A stretch of 32,000 nucleotides of DNA from Promethearchaeota archaeon (GTDB lineage Archaea; Asgardarchaeota; Odinarchaeia; Odinarchaeales; JBHLKK01), in the NCBI GenBank assembly GCA_048939465.1, contig JBHLPL010000002.1, forward strand, positions 1 through 32,000, written 5' to 3'. This document shows positions 27,884-32,000 of this stretch, one piece after another (the stretch's first letter is position 1; each line of letters begins with the position of its first letter). The translations under genes and the position numbers were made by a program. The notes under the pieces are model-generated. The model ran no database searches. It saw only the letters and a list, made by a program, of their open reading frames with translations, and had not been told where the DNA came from.

Positions 27884-28447
27884 TCATCGAGCCGAGAAGT
27901 TCTTCTTTAACCAATCTGCAAACTTGTACAAAACCTTCTTTCTGTGAGAAAGTTTGTTTTTTTCATCAAAACCCATTTCAGCATAGGTTCTACCGTCACC
28001 CTCCAGCGGGACAAAAATAGGATCGTATCCCCAGAGTTTACCCCGTTCTTCTTCGGAAATTGTACCTTCTACATTGGCAGAAATGCATGTAGATACTCGA
28101 TCATGAGAGAAGGCGATAACTGACTTAAAGACTGCCTTCCTTGTTGCGACTCCCTCCATCAACCTTAGAATCCCCTTATTCCCTATAGTTTTGAAGACGT
28201 ACGAAGAGTACGGGCCAGGAAAGCCGTTAAGTGCTTCGATAAACAGCCCGGTATCTTCCACAAAAACTGGTTTTTTGATCTTTTTAGAAACTAGAGACAC
28301 ACTGTATGAGGCTATTTTCTCTAGACTTTCATGTTGAGGTTCAATCCTCTCGATATCCAGATGTTCAATCTCAAAGCCTATCTTTCCCAATATTTCAGAT
28401 GCCTCTCTTATCTTATTCTTATTACTTGTAGCAAAAAGCAGCTTCAT
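27884..28447 (-). CDS. rdgB: dITP/XTP pyrophosphatase (RdgB/Ham1)
   Basis: FATSNKNK, EDTGL, GFPGPYS, GYDPIF, KNKLSHR. Confidence 0.94.
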   Translation of the reverse strand: MKLLFATSNKNKIREASEILGKIGFEIEHLDIERIEPQHESLEKIASYSVSLVSKKIKKPVFVEDTGLFIEALNGFPGPYSSYVFKTIGNKGILRLMEGVATRKAVFKSVIAFSHDRVSTCISANVEGTISEEERGKLWGYDPIFVPLEGDGRTYAEMGFDEKNKLSHRKKVLYKFADWLKKNFSAR

Positions 28448-28454
28448 TTGATCG

Positions 28455-28752
28455 CCTCGAGGAAACTCCGACCAAAAGGACGGAGAGGGATTAAGGAGTC
28501 GATGAATGCTATTGGGACATACGCACCAATAGATTTGAAGTCACACCTCTCTTCGATGTGGAAACAGCTAATGACGGATGAGGGTGGGCGCCATGGACTG
28601 ATAGCCACTGTATCGCCTGACGCTATATGCAGATTACTGGGTTCAGACGCTTTGGACTTGCTGCCAATCTGGCCTGTGATGCGACCAAAGCCCATTTGGG
28701 AATTAAGGTCCAGCATAGTCATAAACTCCTTCACTAAGATGGAGTATTTCAT
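28455..28752. mobile_element. Non-autonomous IS200/IS605-like mini-element E5 (~298 bp), diverged copy of E4
   Basis: Minus strand shares TACTCC, ATGACT.TGCT.GACC, AATTCCC, CATCACA, AAGAGAGGTGT and the terminal hairpin CTCTCCG.CCTTT.GG.CGGAGT with E4. Confidence 0.7.
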
Positions 28753-29378
28753 CTATCTTCGATATATCGTCCACGTCTCTCGACCTCCCCTATGCGAAGT
28801 ATAGCATCCTCCGCATCCTTGCCCAAGACCTCACGATAACCAGCCAAAACTGCTTCGAAAAACTCTTCAGCGTGTTGATAGTGAGTACTTTGTAAGGCAC
28901 GCTGCATAAGGTGGAGATCCACTCCTTTATGTTCAATTTCTGATGAGTGCTCACCCAATCCAAAATCTATGAAGTATATTTGCTTTTCAGAGGTCAAGAT
29001 CATATTTGAGGTAGTTAAATCACCATGTATAAGTCCGTTCTTATGGAGACGTCCGATTGAGCGTCCTACACAGGTACAGACTCTTTTCTGTTCTTGTCTT
29101 GTAATTTCATTAATAACATTCTTAAGCTTCTGCCCATCAATGTATTCGTAAATGATGGTGGTTTTAGGAACATCTACTTGGCATATTGCCGGAGTGGAAA
29201 CCCCAGCTTTTCTAGCACTGCTGAACATCTTGGCTTCATGAATCGTCCTGTATTGCCTGATCCTTAGATCCAGTTCAGGAATTCGATATCTCTTTGCTAC
29301 CCTGCACTTCCGTACGACAACTCTGTCGTACCACTTCTCCTTAAACAAATAAGCTTCAGCACCTTTGGCCATGAGCAA
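28749..29378 (-). CDS. bud32: KEOPS kinase Bud32 (PRPK)
   Basis: KGAEA, EA, HGDLTTSN, IDFGL, VDLH, RGRY. Confidence 0.94.
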   Translation of the reverse strand: MLMAKGAEAYLFKEKWYDRVVVRKCRVAKRYRIPELDLRIRQYRTIHEAKMFSSARKAGVSTPAICQVDVPKTTIIYEYIDGQKLKNVINEITRQEQKRVCTCVGRSIGRLHKNGLIHGDLTTSNMILTSEKQIYFIDFGLGEHSSEIEHKGVDLHLMQRALQSTHYQHAEEFFEAVLAGYREVLGKDAEDAILRIGEVERRGRYIEDR

Positions 29379-29390
29379 CTTGATCCTCCC

Positions 29391-30396
29391 CTAATCTCTC
29401 CAGACAATATCAACTTCATCGAGTCGCCATTTTGGCTTTACGCTACTATTTTTTAATTTCAAAACCTGTCCATGTTTGTACTGTAACATCCCTGTCCATG
29501 CTATCATCGCTCCATTGTCCCCAGAGAATCTGTTCGAGACCACACGAAACTTTGCATTATGCTCCTTAGCAATGGATTTAAGCATCTCCTGCAGTCTTTT
29601 GTTTGCAGCTACACCTCCCGTTAATAGAACAGCAGGCTTTTCAGTGTGTGCGAGGGCACGCTCCGTAACTTCGGTCAACATTGAAAATGCAACTTCCTGT
29701 AAGCTGAAACAAAGATCTTCGATTCTGTTCTCATGAAGTTTGTTTGTTGCAGCAGTTAGGAGACCGGAATAGGATAAGTCCATACCTTTGACAGTGTAGG
29801 GTAAATCAATGAACCGCTTGCCTTTCTTTGCTAACCTTTCTATCTTGGGGCCACCTGGATGTTTGAGTCCTGCTGAACGCGCAAAAGCATCGAGCAAATT
29901 ACCTATGGGAATATCTAGGGTTTCCCCAAACACACGATACCTACCTCCGTCATAGGCCGCGACTATGGTATTGCCACCTGAAACATACAAAGTAACCGGA
30001 TCTTCCGTATTGGAAGCAAGGCGCCCTATCTCTATATGAGCGACACAGTGATTCACACCGACGAGCGGGACTTCAGTAACTAACGCCAAAGCTCGAGCAG
30101 CAACAGCAGCAGTCCTAAGACAGGGACCTTTCAGCAAACTGTTGGCAGAGTTTTAAACCGGGTCCCTGAGAGAATGCCACGAATTCAATGTCGCTCAGGC
30201 TTATCTTTGCTTCTTCTACTGCTCTTACAATAGTTTTCTCTGCAACCCGTACATGGTGTTGGGCCGCTTCTCGAGGATGGATGCCACCCGTTTCTGGTTG
30301 ATACACGCTTTCAACACTCGTAAGGATTCTTCCTTCAGGCGTTACTATGCCAACACTGAACGTGTGGGCAGTTCCCTCAATACCCAAACCCACCAC
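29391..30396 (-). CDS. kae1: tRNA t6A N6-threonylcarbamoyltransferase Kae1/TsaD, split gene: complement(join(29391..30129,30155..30396)), 326 aa after removing a 25-nt insert
   Basis: Exon 1 GIEGTAHT...GGIHPREAAQHH...AFSQGPGL joins GPCLRT...GVNHCVAHIE...LYVSGG...ETLD...GGVAAN...DNGAMI. Confidence 0.95.
30130..30154 (-). other. Putative bulge-helix-bulge (BHB) intron in kae1, 25 nt, phase 2
   Basis: Exon helix CAGGGACC/GGUCCCUG (8 bp, perfect), central helix CGGU/GCUG, bulges UUA and AAA, intron stem AAACU/AGUUU with an 8-nt loop. Confidence 0.93.
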
Positions 30397-30463
30397 TATT
30401 AACACCTCAAGAAAGGAAGATAAATACTATGATTTAAAAAACAACTGTTTTTGGCAGTGATTT

Positions 30464-31261
30464 TCATTTTCGCAACGCTGTCACTTTCTTCATGAAGTCC
30501 TTTACCCTAACTATATCTACAGGCTCCTTAACATTATTATTTACTTTGAAGTTTGTTCCAACAATTACGCCATCCGCTAATTCCATAAATGCTTCAACAT
30601 TACTGGAATCAACACCACTACCAACCAGGATAGGAGTTTCCGGCACCGCATCTTTTACAGACTCAATATCGTCTAAATTGGGAGGTTCTCCCGTTTCCTC
30701 TCCCGTGACAATGACAGCATCTGCTAGCCCCCGATCTACTGTTTCTCGGGCTGCTCTCTCAATAGGAATCGCGGCAACAGGCAGCGCATGCTTTACATGT
30801 ATGTCCGAAAAGATGAGGACCTCAGAATTGAGGAAGGACCGATACCTGAGTGTCTTGTAGGCCGATCCCTTAATAATTCCTTGATCGGTAATATATACAC
30901 CGGTAAGGATGTTGGCTCTGATGAAACACCCACCGCAAATGGTGGCAATAGATAACGCAGCAATATTATCGTTTCTCAAAACATTAACTCCAAACGGCAG
31001 AGATGTCTGATCAGCTATCTTTGAAACGATGAAGGTCATGGCAGCTACAGTTTCTATGCCAACTTGACTCGGATAATATGGTAAATCCCCAAAATTCTCA
31101 ATAAGCAGCGCATCGACTCCACCGGACTCTAGAGCCTTGGCGTCTTCTAATGCTTGTCGTAATATGGTATTTATGTTAACTGTTCGAGGTGAGCCGGGCA
31201 ATGGCAGAAGATGAACCATCCCAATCACAGCTTTCTTCTTTCCAAAAACACTTCTCAACAT
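30464..31261 (-). CDS. BtpA/SgcQ family protein
   Basis: IGMVHLLPLPGSP, ENFGDLPY, GVNVLRND, DIHVKHA, VTGEETG, VGSGV, IVGT. Confidence 0.9.
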   Translation of the reverse strand: MLRSVFGKKKAVIGMVHLLPLPGSPRTVNINTILRQALEDAKALESGGVDALLIENFGDLPYYPSQVGIETVAAMTFIVSKIADQTSLPFGVNVLRNDNIAALSIATICGGCFIRANILTGVYITDQGIIKGSAYKTLRYRSFLNSEVLIFSDIHVKHALPVAAIPIERAARETVDRGLADAVIVTGEETGEPPNLDDIESVKDAVPETPILVGSGVDSSNVEAFMELADGVIVGTNFKVNNNVKEPVDIVRVKDFMKKVTALRK

Positions 31262-31427
31262 CACCAACCCTCCCAAGAAGTCTTCTGTGTCTAATCTGTA
31301 TTAATTCCCTTCCTAAAAGCATGAGATCTTAACGCTCTAGATAAGCAAAGAATACCTTAAAGGACGGCTCTTATGAGAGACAAAATTGCTTCTGATTGAT
31401 CAAAAAGGAGTTTTATACGAGTTTAGA

Positions 31428-31973
31428 TTAGGGGGCAGCGACATTCCTATCACACGTTGTGAAGTAGTTCTTTCCAACATGTAAGCAAAGACGAACCTTT
31501 GACAGGTCATAGACTTCTTTGAAGTAGTCTTTTGTAACGTATGCTGCAACCACCTTGCCGATCATCAGGGTATGATCTCCTGCCTCGAGACTTTTGCTAA
31601 GCTTACATTCTATGTGGGCAATACAGTCTTTGATTATTGGAGGAGATACTTTCTTAGCACTCTGAGTCTCAAGAGAGAATTCATCGAATTTGTTATGATC
31701 TCTGCCTGAAAGCGTACCGCAGCCGAGTACCTTTTTGGCAAGTTGGAACGTAGGAACGTTCACCACAAATTCTTTTGTTTCTGAGATCAATTTATGAGAG
31801 TATCTTCCAGGACGGATACTCATGGCCAATAGTGGTGGATCCACGCTAACAGGAATAATCCATGCTATAGCAAGAACGTTTGGCCTACCGTCTTTACCCC
31901 GGCAAGAAACCAAGGTCGCATTATAGGGATGCAGCAGACGAGAATACAGCTTAAGGTCCACATCGGTTTTCAT
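31428..31973 (-). CDS. Flavin reductase-like FMN-binding protein
   Basis: EFVVNVP, CGTLSGRDHNKF, IAHIECK, GDHTLMIGKVV. Confidence 0.9.
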   Translation of the reverse strand: MKTDVDLKLYSRLLHPYNATLVSCRGKDGRPNVLAIAWIIPVSVDPPLLAMSIRPGRYSHKLISETKEFVVNVPTFQLAKKVLGCGTLSGRDHNKFDEFSLETQSAKKVSPPIIKDCIAHIECKLSKSLEAGDHTLMIGKVVAAYVTKDYFKEVYDLSKVRLCLHVGKNYFTTCDRNVAAP

Positions 31974-32000
31974 TGTAAATCATCACCTCAAATATCTTTT

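Noticed and set aside
28444-28752. 102-aa minus-strand ORF overlapping bud32 and rdgB by 4 nt each
   Set aside because: Coincides with element E5. The homologous E4 shows DNA-level similarity only, and the protein has no recognisable features.
3745-31000. Numerous 60-157 aa antisense or alternate-frame ORFs in the track
   Set aside because: Shadows of well-supported genes on the opposite strand or in another frame.

Overview
Archaeal core-genome window. TACK/Asgard-like gene content is my inference; the taxonomy cannot be fixed from the sequence alone. It is dominated by conserved translation/transcription operons: rpoD-rpl18e-rpl13-rps9-rpoN-rps2-mvk-ipk/fni; rpl7ae-rps28e; rpl24e/ndk; infB-rps6e-eif2g-PIN-rpoE1-spt4-DUF359-rps24e-rps27ae; kae1-bud32-rdgB-rps15-DHH-pcc1-rps3ae. 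It also carries tdh-kbl-glycerate kinase and several hypotheticals. Main result: two normally essential genes are each interrupted by a short frame-breaking insert, aIF5B/infB (29 nt, 18515-18543) and kae1/tsaD (25 nt, 30130-30154). Both inserts fold into bulge-helix-bulge (BHB) motifs, and cutting at the canonical EndA positions restores the universally conserved protein motifs exactly. They are therefore candidate tRNA-type introns in mRNA. Secondary signals: five transposase-less IS200/IS605-like mini-elements (two homologous pairs plus one) wedged into operons; several core genes that appear to start on near-cognate codons (ATT, CTG, ATA, ACG), including a hidden pcc1; an IPK-IDI2 fusion; and a tandem pair of coiled-coil/winged-helix paralogs.
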